Source of the DNA: an uncultured Poribacteria bacterium
GTDB lineage: Bacteria > Poribacteria > WGA-4E > WGA-3G
Reading direction: 5' to 3'
DNA length: 64,000 nucleotides
Assembly: GCA_958296135.2 (NCBI GenBank)
Contig: CATQHZ020000001.1
Coordinates: forward strand, 4,000,001 to 4,064,000
How positions within the stretch are numbered: the stretch's first letter is position 1; the number at the start of each line of letters is the position of its first letter. The position numbers and the translations under genes are program-made. This document shows, one piece after another, positions 9,596 through 18,657 of the stretch. Under the pieces are notes generated by a model. It ran no database searches. It was given only the letters and a program-made list of their open reading frames with translations, and was not told where the DNA came from.

Positions 9596-10699
9596 CTACC
9601 AATCAACGACAGTTCCATCATCAGGGTGGAACGTCTCCGGATTCCGCCAATCGTGGTCGGTCTTGTCTTCAAGCGCATCTTCATCGAGCTCAATGCCCAA
9701 GCCGGGACCGGTCGGTAACTCCACAAACCCGTCTTTGAAGACGAACGGATTCTTCAAATACCCTTCACCGAGCGTGGTGTGTTCCTGCATCAAGAAATTC
9801 GGGATGGAAGCATCGAGTTGGATGCACGCCGCCAGCGAGATCGGGCCGAGGGGGTTGTGCGGTGCAATGCCGGCGTAGTATGCCTCCGCCATGCCTGCGA
9901 TGATGCGAACTTCGTTGATGCCGCCAGCGTGACACAGATCTGGCTGCAGGATGCTCGCCGCCTGCTTCTCCAAGAGCTCACGGAACCCCCACTTCGTGAA
10001 GACGCGCTCGCCGGTAGCGATAGGCAAATGCGTGCCACGCGCGATTTCGGCCAGCATGTCCACGTTTTGACACTGAATCGGCTCCTCCACGAACATCGGT
10101 TGATACGGTTCCAACGCTTTGATCAGCAGCTTGGCGGTTTGCGGGCTAATCGCACCGTGAAAGTCAATCGCAAGATCGATCTCGGGGCCAGCAGCCTCGC
10201 GCAATGCAGCGAAATGGTTCACTGCCCGGTCGACGAAGGCCTTGTTCTCAATAATGCGCGCGGGCCGCCCGCCCGCAACACCGGTTTTAAAGGCCGTAAA
10301 CCCTTTGTCAATCCACGCCTGAATGCCACCCGGGTCGCCGCCGCCCTTGTAAAGTCGGATTTTGTCGCGAGTCGGCCCGCCGAAAAGTTGGTAGACAGGC
10401 ACGCCGAGTGACTTTCCGGCGAGATCCCAGAGTGCCTGTTCTACGCCACTGAGCGCGCTTGTCAGAATCGGGCCGCCGCGATAAAATGCATGCCGATACA
10501 TCGCCTGCCAATGATGGACAACGCGCCTCGGGTCTTCGCCGATGAGGTAAGGCGCGAGCTCGTCAACTGCCTGCGCGCAGGTTTTCGCGCGGCCCTCTAA
10601 AATCGGTTCCCCGAGCCCGACTAATCCCTCATCGGTGTGGATTTTGAGAAAGAGCCAGCGCGGCTGCACTAAAAAGGTTTCCAATTTGGTAATCTTCAT
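9596..10699 (-). CDS. dgoD: Galactonate dehydratase (enolase superfamily)
   Basis: PRWLFLKI, GEPILEGRA, FYRGGP, DFHG, EEP, TGER, APHNPLGP. Confidence 0.9.
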   Translation of the reverse strand: MKITKLETFLVQPRWLFLKIHTDEGLVGLGEPILEGRAKTCAQAVDELAPYLIGEDPRRVVHHWQAMYRHAFYRGGPILTSALSGVEQALWDLAGKSLGVPVYQLFGGPTRDKIRLYKGGGDPGGIQAWIDKGFTAFKTGVAGGRPARIIENKAFVDRAVNHFAALREAAGPEIDLAIDFHGAISPQTAKLLIKALEPYQPMFVEEPIQCQNVDMLAEIARGTHLPIATGERVFTKWGFRELLEKQAASILQPDLCHAGGINEVRIIAGMAEAYYAGIAPHNPLGPISLAACIQLDASIPNFLMQEHTTLGEGYLKNPFVFKDGFVELPTGPGLGIELDEDALEDKTDHDWRNPETFHPDDGTVVDW

Positions 10700-10763
10700 G
10701 GAGGTGCCTCAAATCGGTTGTTTTGGCTTTACGTATTATGTTATCATTTTGGGCTCAATTTTG

Positions 10764-12092
10764 TCAACATATTTTTTCAAAAAGATAATGCCGCAGATAC
10801 ACCAACGTCCGTTCGACTGCCCCCAAATTCTCTTCAATCACCTGCTTCCCAACTTTCCCTGCCGCCATTCGCGCCGCTTCGTCAGACAGCCATTCGGTGA
10901 TGGCAGCCGCCAGCTGCGGTGCGGTATGCACCCTCTTCGCCGAGCCTCTCTCCAAGAGCAGAGATGCCTCATAAGCGTTATGGATAGTCGGCCCGAACAA
11001 GACCGGCTTGGCCATCGCCGCGGGCTCCATCACATTATGCACGCTGCCGCGAAAACTGCCGCCGACGAACGCAATGTCTGCCAACCGATAAAGTCTCGCA
11101 AGATGCCCCACCGAGTCAACCACAATTGTAACGACTTCTGATAAATTTGTCCCAGGTGCTAGTTCTGAGAAACAACGGTAGGTTAATCCCTGTTTCTCCA
11201 ATTTTGCGCGAATTTCGGCTATCCGTTCCGGTGTCGGTTCATGCGGCACGAGAATCAGGTGAGGAACAGGCGCGCGCGCCGAGCGCGCCTGTTCACGCAG
11301 CAGTTGATATGCTTCCAACAATACCTCTTCTTCCTCCGAATAAGTGCTACCGGCGATGAAGATAGGATGTCTCAAAGTGGCTTGCCCTGGAAAAAACTCA
11401 GCGGCTGGTTCAATCGCCGTGGCGCGACGGTAGACCTGCTCGTAACGGGTATCCCCAGTGACGACAATCTGGTTTCTCGGGGAAGCGTGTTTGCCGGTTG
11501 CACACAACTGCTCAAACCGCGCCGCGTCTTCTTCAGAAATGGCACAATGCAACGTAATATGCCGATGCACACGCCTGAAAAACGGTCTCGCGAGGAGAGA
11601 TAGCCGATTCGATTTGGCATGCAACGTCCCCGCCACGACGACGCTAGGAATGCCCCGTTCGGATGCCTTCCACACGAGGTTGGGCCAAATATCAAATTTG
11701 GAAAATACCACGATGGAGGGAGCGATGAGACGCATCAAACGTTCGGCGTTTGAACCGGTGTCTAAAGGCAGGTAAATGGCCGCATCGGCGTACGGATATT
11801 TGCTGACATTCGGCGCGACAGAAGGTGAGAAAAAAGTCAGCACGATCCGCGCCTCCGCGTAAATCGCCTCAATGAGCGGTTTCGCCTGTTCAAATTCACC
11901 CACAGAAGTGAAGTGAAACCAGGCCGTGCGCTTGAGGTCCCGGGCAGAACGGAGCTGCGTCTCCAGCCGCTCAAAACCACCTTTCCGGCCGCTGATGCCC
12001 TCCCGAATTTTAGGGTTGTAATAACCTGCGGCGTGAAACCCGACGAATATCGCCGGAACAGCGAGCGCGTTGTAAATAAATCGCCAGAACAT
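10764..12092 (-). CDS. waaA: 3-deoxy-D-manno-octulosonic acid (Kdo) transferase
   Basis: WFHFTSVGE, LPLD, GDTRY, VPHEP, FVGGSF, HNVMEPA. Confidence 0.9.
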   Translation of the reverse strand: MFWRFIYNALAVPAIFVGFHAAGYYNPKIREGISGRKGGFERLETQLRSARDLKRTAWFHFTSVGEFEQAKPLIEAIYAEARIVLTFFSPSVAPNVSKYPYADAAIYLPLDTGSNAERLMRLIAPSIVVFSKFDIWPNLVWKASERGIPSVVVAGTLHAKSNRLSLLARPFFRRVHRHITLHCAISEEDAARFEQLCATGKHASPRNQIVVTGDTRYEQVYRRATAIEPAAEFFPGQATLRHPIFIAGSTYSEEEEVLLEAYQLLREQARSARAPVPHLILVPHEPTPERIAEIRAKLEKQGLTYRCFSELAPGTNLSEVVTIVVDSVGHLARLYRLADIAFVGGSFRGSVHNVMEPAAMAKPVLFGPTIHNAYEASLLLERGSAKRVHTAPQLAAAITEWLSDEAARMAAGKVGKQVIEENLGAVERTLVYLRHYLFEKIC

Positions 12093-12128
12093 GGGGGTGC
12101 CTATAGAGATGGTGCGAAATCGGACGCA

Positions 12129-12204
12129 AGGACTTACGCCGAAACAGCCCCGGGAGTCGCAGTGACAAACCGCGACTACCGGAACGCGAAGCTGCGTAAG
12201 TCCT
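12129..12204. mobile_element. MITE-like element with AGGACTTACGC terminal inverted repeats enclosing a GTAG hairpin
   Basis: AGGACTTACGC at 12129-12139 and GCGTAAGTCCT at 12194-12204. Confidence 0.6.
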
Positions 12205-12225
12205 ATACGTAAACGGTGTGAGGGA

Positions 12226-12552
12226 TTAGAGCGCGTCTAAGATTTTCTTCTTGAGGGCCTCTTTGGGCATCGCGCCAACGATCTGCCCCGCCACCTTCTC
12301 GCCTTTGAAGACGAGGAGCGTCGGGATGCTCCGTACGCCGTACTGCATCGCCGACTGGCGGTTGTCATCAACGTTGAGCTTCCCGACTTTGAAGGTGTCC
12401 GCGTTCTCCGCAGCGAGCTCCTCCAAAATCGGCGCAATCATCTTGCACGGGCCGCACCATTCCGCCCAGAAGTCAACAACAACAGGCGTATCTGACTCAA
12501 GCACCATGCCCTTAAAGGTGGCATCACTGATTTCAAACGTATTTCCTGACAT
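12226..12552 (-). CDS. trxA: Thioredoxin
   Basis: DFWAEWCGPCK, SIPTL. Confidence 0.97.
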   Translation of the reverse strand: MSGNTFEISDATFKGMVLESDTPVVVDFWAEWCGPCKMIAPILEELAAENADTFKVGKLNVDDNRQSAMQYGVRSIPTLLVFKGEKVAGQIVGAMPKEALKKKILDAL

Positions 12553-12756
12553 GAGAATCTCCTATTTCAGTAAATAAAATCGATTTTTTTGTATGCCGCA
12601 AAGCGTCAGAACAGCAACGCTGCCTGCAATAATAGCACGAACGCTACTGAACAACACCTTGTGAAGTCCAAAAACACGGACTTCCGTATCTGCGCGTTTT
12701 ACGAATCAACGCATTAATTAGGATACCCTATTCCAAAAATAATTGCCACAAAAAAT

Positions 12757-12785
12757 TTGACATCCAACTCATTTTATGATATTCT
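12757..12785 (+). promoter_or_regulatory. sigma70 promoter
   Basis: TTGACA-17-TATTCT with TG extension, upstream of the aspartic protease gene. Confidence 0.6.
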
Positions 12786-12837
12786 TAATAGAAGCACTCC
12801 TATATGATGAGGCCTTAACACGAAAGGAGGAAGAAAA

Positions 12838-13251
12838 ATGCGGCATACAACAGAGATTAAACTCGCCAACTTGGCAGATCTGATTAGAGCCCAAGATGGC
12901 ACTATCAAACCCGAAGAAGTTCGGAGCCTCACCGTCGAAGACGCACTCGTTGATACCGGCGCGAGTCGCTTGTCCTTACCGAAACCGATTATCGAACAAC
13001 TCGGGCTAGTCGCCGTCGGACGGATGCCGTCGAAGACTGCGAACGGCACCGTGAATCGGACTATCTATTCCGGCGTTGAATTTACCATACTGGGACGCTC
13101 GGACATCATCCAGGTAACAGATTTGCCCGCGGACGCGCCCGTACTCGTCGGACATATCATCTTGGAAAAACTCGACCTTAATCTTCACATTGTGAAGGGG
13201 TTAATCTACAATCCAGACCACGGTAACGAATGGATTGACGAAGCGTGGTAA
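12838..13251 (+). CDS. Clan AA (retropepsin-like) aspartic protease
   Basis: ALVDTGA catalytic motif, VLVG second motif, strong RBS AGGAGG. Confidence 0.85.
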   Translation: MRHTTEIKLANLADLIRAQDGTIKPEEVRSLTVEDALVDTGASRLSLPKPIIEQLGLVAVGRMPSKTANGTVNRTIYSGVEFTILGRSDIIQVTDLPADAPVLVGHIILEKLDLNLHIVKGLIYNPDHGNEWIDEAW

Positions 13252-13353
13252 GCATTATCTCCCCCGCGAAACGGAATATCGATGCCAGCAAATTTTTTGC
13301 TGGACAAAAAAAGCCAAACGTGATAAATTTGTTTAAACACAAGGAGGAGACTC

Positions 13354-14016
13354 ATGGCAGACAAAAAGCAGAGCCCGAAAGAGAACGCGGCTGAGAAACC
13401 GGGGAAAACCACTATCTCGCGCCGGAATTTCCTGAAAGGGGTAGGCACCGGTACCGTCGCCGCTGCAGTTGCCCCGACGGTTCTCATCGGTGCTGAGAAA
13501 GCCGCGGAAGCCCAAATGGGCGAGGCAATCACTAGCGCGACGATTCAACTGAACATCAACGCGAAGACGTACGAAGTAGAAGTCGAACCGCGCACGACAT
13601 TGTTGACGGTGCTGCGCGATGGCATCGACACCCGCGGTAACCACGTTGATTTGACCGGGGCTAAACTCATCTGCGACCGGGGCGAATGCGGCGGTTGCAC
13701 GGTGATGGTAGATGGCACATCCGTTTACGCCTGCATGATGCTCGCGATTGATGCGCAAGGCAAGCAGATAACGACTGTCGAGGGACTCGCAGAGGGCGAT
13801 ACCCTGCATCCCGTGCAAGAGGCGTTCATCCAACACGACGCACTGATGTGCGGTTTCTGCACACCGGGTTTCGTCGTCTCCGCGGCATCACTACTGAGCG
13901 AAAACAAGAAACCGACGCTCGAAGAGATTAAGATGGGGTTGTCAGGCAACACCTGTCGTTGCGGCACTTACCCCTTCATCTTTGACGCAGTGAAAACCGC
14001 CGCACGGAAGATGTAG
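13354..14016 (+). CDS. Tat-exported [2Fe-2S] subunit of a xanthine dehydrogenase-family molybdoenzyme (PaoA/YagT-like)
   Basis: SRRNFLK Tat motif; CDRGECGGC, CGFCTPG, CRC. Confidence 0.92.
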   Translation: MADKKQSPKENAAEKPGKTTISRRNFLKGVGTGTVAAAVAPTVLIGAEKAAEAQMGEAITSATIQLNINAKTYEVEVEPRTTLLTVLRDGIDTRGNHVDLTGAKLICDRGECGGCTVMVDGTSVYACMMLAIDAQGKQITTVEGLAEGDTLHPVQEAFIQHDALMCGFCTPGFVVSAASLLSENKKPTLEEIKMGLSGNTCRCGTYPFIFDAVKTAARKM

Positions 14017-14068
14017 CGGGTGGCTATAGAATCCCCACCCTTACATCCCGTGGGCAAGGAGGTTAACG

Positions 14069-16189
14069 ATGGCATCATGGGGAGAAGCAAGTGAATCGCG
14101 CCTCATCGGCAAACGGGTAACACGTTTGTCCGGTAAGGACAAAGTTACAGGCAAAGCGAAGTATACCTTTGACATCAACCGACCGGGGATGCTTTATGGA
14201 CGCGTCCTGCGTTCCGAAGTCCCGCACGCCACCGTGAAGGGCATCGATACGCGTGCCGCCGAGGCACTGCCCGGTGTCAAAGCCGTTATCCCGTTGATTG
14301 AAATCGGGAAGAAACTCCGCTACCAAGGACAGGAAATCGCCGCTGTCGCCGCGGAAACCGATGACATCGCGAAGGACGCACTCCGATTAATTCAAGTAGA
14401 CATGGAGGAATTGCCCTTCGTTGTCACGGAATCAGACGCAATGGCGGAAGGCGCGCCGCAAATTCGCGAGGATTGGAACGGCAATCAGAGCAACCCGAAT
14501 ATCCGCGAGGAAGGCACACTCGAAGCAGGCTTCAAGGAAGCCGCCGTTGAGGTGGAAGCCACTTACCACACGCCTGTCCAAACGCACGTCTGCTTGGAAA
14601 CGCATGGACATGTCGCTGAGTGGCAAGACGAACAGAACCTAACCGTGTGGGCATCCACACAGGCGGTGTTCGGCACGCGCAATGATCTTGCGCAGCACTT
14701 TGAGCTGCCCGCGAACCAAGTGCGCGTCATTACCGAGCACATGGGCGGCGGCTTCGGCAGTAAATTCGGACCGGGGATGGAAGGACACGCCGCCGCGGAA
14801 CTATCCCGCATCACCGGCACAGCGGTGAAACTGATGCTGACGCGGAAAGATGAGCATCTTGTCGCCGGTAATCGGCCCTCAATGACGCAGCACGTGCGCG
14901 CAGGGGCGACAAGCGACGGACGGCTCATCGCCTACGATATGCGCGGCCACGGCACCGGCGGTATCTCTAGCGGCGCGGGGTTCCAAGCCCCCTACGTCTA
15001 TCACGTCCCGAATTTCCGAACCGAAAAAGTGAACGTCGCTGTCAACGCCGGCAACCAACGCGCAATGCGCGCACCAGGGCACCCGCAAGGCGCGTTCGCA
15101 ATGGACTGCCTAATGGATGAACTCGCCGAGAAACTGGGCATGAATCCACTAGAATTCCGCCGTATCAACGACACCAGTGAAGTCCGCCAAGCACAATACA
15201 CGCTCGGGGCACAAGAGATTGGCTGGCATCGTAGGAACAGCATGCCAGGCTCCGGCACCAGCGTGAAGAAACGGGGCATGGGACTCGGCAGTGGACGCTG
15301 GGGCGGCGGCGGTGGACGCGGCACCGAGGCGCGCGTTACCATCAATGCTGATGGCACGGTTGAGGCAGTCACCGGTACACAAGACCTCGGGACCGGCATC
15401 CGCACCGCCATCGCGATTATTGTCGCCGAAGAATTCGGCCTTGCGCCAACCGATATTACCGTCAAAGTCGGCGATAGCGCGCCCGGATTACCCTCCGGCG
15501 GCAGCGGCGGAAGCCAGACGACTGCATCTGTCGCCCCGGTCATCAAAACAGCGGCGGCGGCGGCGAAACAGAAACTGTTTGAGCGCATCGCGCCCCTGCT
15601 AGCGGCACCGGTGGAAGAATTGCGCGTCGGCACCGGCACCATCTATGTCGTCTCCGACCGGACGAAGACAATCACCTGGGCACAGGCGACAGGACAGCTC
15701 GGCATGGAGAGCATCAGCGAAGGCGGACAGTGGGACGAAGAACTCCGCCAAGGCGGTGTCGCAGGCACGCAGTTCGCTGAAGTAGAAGTGGATACGGAAA
15801 CGGGAACCATCAAGGTGCTTAAAATTGTCGCCATCCACGATTGCGGCTTAGCCATCAACCGGCTGACAACCGAGAGTCAGATTAACGGCGGCGTTATCAT
15901 GGGGCTCGGGCAGGCATTGCTCGAAGAACGCTTCATGGACGCGCAAACCGGACGGATGATGAACGCCAATCTTGAGGACTACAAAGTCCCCGGCACTTTC
16001 GAGATACCGGAGATTAAATCGATCGTTTTCGACACGCACCGGAAGGTCACGGGTATCGGCGAACCGCCGTGTATTCCAACACTCGGTGCCATCGCGAACG
16101 CGGTTTACAACGCCATCGGGGTCCGCATCCGGGAACTGCCGTTGACACCGGACAAAGTCCTCAGTGCCCTCGCTGAGAAGAAGGCGTAA
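14069..16189 (+). CDS. Molybdopterin-binding subunit (PaoC/YagR-like)
   Basis: GGGFGSK, MRAPG, GTQDLGTG, SQINGG, GIGEP. Confidence 0.92.
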   Translation: MASWGEASESRLIGKRVTRLSGKDKVTGKAKYTFDINRPGMLYGRVLRSEVPHATVKGIDTRAAEALPGVKAVIPLIEIGKKLRYQGQEIAAVAAETDDIAKDALRLIQVDMEELPFVVTESDAMAEGAPQIREDWNGNQSNPNIREEGTLEAGFKEAAVEVEATYHTPVQTHVCLETHGHVAEWQDEQNLTVWASTQAVFGTRNDLAQHFELPANQVRVITEHMGGGFGSKFGPGMEGHAAAELSRITGTAVKLMLTRKDEHLVAGNRPSMTQHVRAGATSDGRLIAYDMRGHGTGGISSGAGFQAPYVYHVPNFRTEKVNVAVNAGNQRAMRAPGHPQGAFAMDCLMDELAEKLGMNPLEFRRINDTSEVRQAQYTLGAQEIGWHRRNSMPGSGTSVKKRGMGLGSGRWGGGGGRGTEARVTINADGTVEAVTGTQDLGTGIRTAIAIIVAEEFGLAPTDITVKVGDSAPGLPSGGSGGSQTTASVAPVIKTAAAAAKQKLFERIAPLLAAPVEELRVGTGTIYVVSDRTKTITWAQATGQLGMESISEGGQWDEELRQGGVAGTQFAEVEVDTETGTIKVLKIVAIHDCGLAINRLTTESQINGGVIMGLGQALLEERFMDAQTGRMMNANLEDYKVPGTFEIPEIKSIVFDTHRKVTGIGEPPCIPTLGAIANAVYNAIGVRIRELPLTPDKVLSALAEKKA

Positions 16190-16195
16190 AGGAGA

Positions 16196-16301
16196 GAACT
16201 TGCGCACACCTCACACTTTGCCGCGCGGCGCGCTTTGCAAGCGCGCACGCGGTGAAGCGCGCGGGGACAAACCGCGACCACGAATGGTGCCGCGTAAGTT
16301 C
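16196..16301. mobile_element. Degenerate MITE-like element related to 12129-12204
   Basis: GAACTTGCGC...GCGTAAGTTC inverted ends; internal GACAAACCGCGAC shared with the 12129 element. Confidence 0.45.
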
Positions 16302-16315
16302 AAAGGAGAGACGCA

Positions 16316-17299
16316 ATGGAAAAATTTAGTTACGTCAACGCGACGAACCTTGAGCAAGTCACCTCCCTGCTGAACGACAGCGGGTGGGGAGAGGTGATGG
16401 TAATCGCCGGCGGCACAGACCTGCTCGGCGAACTCAAGGAATACGTTGAAACCCCCAAGACGCTGGTGAATCTGAAGACGCTGCCGGGGATGGACAGCAT
16501 CGCAGCGGATGCTACCGGCCTGAAAATCGGCGCGTTAACCACCGTCGCTGACATCGCAATGCACCCAACGATTCAGCGTCATTACACCGTGCTGGCGCAG
16601 GCGGCGGCATCTGTCGCCACCCCACAGATTCGGAACGTCGGCACGCTCGGCGGCAACCTCTGTCAACGCCCGCGCTGCTGGTATTATCGCGACGAAACCG
16701 TCGACTGCCTTAAGAAGGGCGGCGAGATTTGCTATGCCGTTGAAGGGTTGAACAAATACCACGCCATTCTCGGGGGTGACCCGGTTTATATCGTGCATCC
16801 ATCCGACATCGCACCGGCGTTAATCGCCTTGGGCGCGACGATTAAAATTGCCGGGCCCGAAGGCGAGAAGACGATGGCAGTTGAGGAATTCTTCACCCTG
16901 CCTGCGACGAACCCGTTCCGGGAGAACGTGCTTGAACCGAACGAAATCGTCGTTGAGGTGCAGGTGCCGCAGCCGAAACCGAACACGAAGAGCCTCTATC
17001 TGAAAGCGCGAGAGAAAGGCGCGCCAGACTTCGCACTAGCGAGTGTCGCTGGCGTGTTCGAGATGTCAGGCAGCACCTGTAACACCGCCAGCATCGTTCT
17101 GGGCGGCGTTGCCCCTGCGCCTTGGCGTTCTAAAGAGGCAGAAGCCGCGCTCACCGGCAAGATGATTAGCGAGGCTGTCAGCAAGCAGGCAGGCGCAGAT
17201 GCCGTCAAGGACGCGCAGCCCTTGAACGACAACGAGTATAAGGTAGTATTAACCCAGAATCTTATCAGCCGTGCCGCGATGATGGCGGCGCACGCATAG
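16316..17299 (+). CDS. FAD-binding subunit with [4Fe-4S] insert (PaoB/YagS-like)
   Basis: AGGTDL, QIRNVGTLGGNLCQRPRCWYYR...CLKKGGEIC. Confidence 0.92.
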   Translation: MEKFSYVNATNLEQVTSLLNDSGWGEVMVIAGGTDLLGELKEYVETPKTLVNLKTLPGMDSIAADATGLKIGALTTVADIAMHPTIQRHYTVLAQAAASVATPQIRNVGTLGGNLCQRPRCWYYRDETVDCLKKGGEICYAVEGLNKYHAILGGDPVYIVHPSDIAPALIALGATIKIAGPEGEKTMAVEEFFTLPATNPFRENVLEPNEIVVEVQVPQPKPNTKSLYLKAREKGAPDFALASVAGVFEMSGSTCNTASIVLGGVAPAPWRSKEAEAALTGKMISEAVSKQAGADAVKDAQPLNDNEYKVVLTQNLISRAAMMAAHA

Positions 17300-17308
17300 G
17301 AGGCAGAC

Positions 17309-17548
17309 ATGACTCAAGCCAAACCTTTGCCCCTTCTCAGTCGCCCGATATGCCAGTATCTCCGGACGAAGGCGATTTACATTCCCGGGGGCAACTTACA
17401 GAATTTGGTTGAAACGAACCCGGAATCGCATTATTGGTGCAATTGCACGATGCAGGTAGTCGGCCCGGATGACCGGTTTGTGGCACCGGATGCGTGTAAG
17501 CAATCGCGTGCCTGTTTCATCCCCGTCGGCGGAAAACCGGTTGTGTAG
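17309..17548 (+). CDS. Small Cys-rich hypothetical protein
   Basis: AGGAGG RBS 10 nt after the FAD-subunit stop; C-x2-LRTK, YWCNCT, GPDD, C-x5-C. Confidence 0.7.
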   Translation: MTQAKPLPLLSRPICQYLRTKAIYIPGGNLQNLVETNPESHYWCNCTMQVVGPDDRFVAPDACKQSRACFIPVGGKPVV

Positions 17549-17568
17549 AGAACGACGTTCACTTCACC

Positions 17569-18640
17569 GTAGGGCGAGGGCCCGGCGAGCACGAATCGCC
17601 GAGGGTTTCCCTCGCCATGCAGCGCGCGTTCCTTTCACCGTAGGGCGAGGTCTTGTGCCTCGCCATGTACCGATCGCATCAGAAAACAGCCGAAGCCCAG
17701 AGGCCCCGGACGGTTCTCTATCGATCGAAGGATCGCGAGGGACAGTGGACATCTCTGCAGCGAGGCGGCAGAGATGATAGCGTTTCGGCGTGACGGCCCT
17801 CGCGCTACGGTAGCGAGAAGCGAATCGGCACCGCAGCCCGTAGGGCGAGGGCCCGGCGATCACGAATCGCCGAGGGTTTCCCTCGCCAGGCATCGCGCGT
17901 TCCTTTCACCGTAGGGCGAGGTCTTGTGCCTCGCCATGAAGCGATCGCATCAGAAAACAGCCGAAGCCCAGAGGCCCCGGACGGTTCTCTATCGATCGAA
18001 GGATCGCGAGGGACAGGCCCTCGCGCTACGGTAGTGAGAAGCGAATCGGCACCGCAGCCCGTAGGGCGAGGGCCCGGCGATCACGAATCGCCGAGGGTTT
18101 CCCTCGCCAGGCATCGCGCGTTCCTTTCACCGTAGGGCGAGGTCTTGTGCCTCGCCATGAAGCGATCGCATCAGAAAACAGCCGAAGCCCAGAGGCCCCG
18201 GACGGTTCTCTATCGATCGAAGGATCGCGAGGGACAGGCCCTCGCGCTACGGGGACTAAAAATGCCGCTCAAACCGTAGGGCGAGGTCTTGTGCCTCGCC
18301 ATGCACCGATCGTATCAGAAAGCCTTCGCGGCCTCGGGGTTGTAAGCGTTTTCCGGTCAGGTCGAGGAGTCGCGAGGGACAGTGGACATCTCTGCAGCGA
18401 GGCGGCAGAGATGATAGCGTTTCGGCGTAACGGCCCTCGCCCTACGGTGAAAGGGCCGGTTTCCGTGTCGTTGAGAGATCGCGGGGCCTGTTCCCTCGCG
18501 CTTCAGTAGGAGAGACCTCTGGTCTCGACAGTAGGAGGGACATCCCGGTCCCGACAGTAGGAGGGACATCCCGGTCCCGACATCTTCAGTAGGAGAGACC
18601 TCTGGTCTCGACAGTAGGAGGGACATCCCGGTCCCGATAC
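17569..18640. repeat. Large composite REP/REPIN array (families A and B) with a ~221-bp tandem duplication
   Basis: Repeated GTAGGGCGAGG..CCTCGCC and inverted GCGAGGG..CCCTCGCGCTAC doublets; near-identical blocks offset by 221 bp. Confidence 0.9.
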
Positions 18641-18657
18641 CCAAAAGGAGAAATTCA

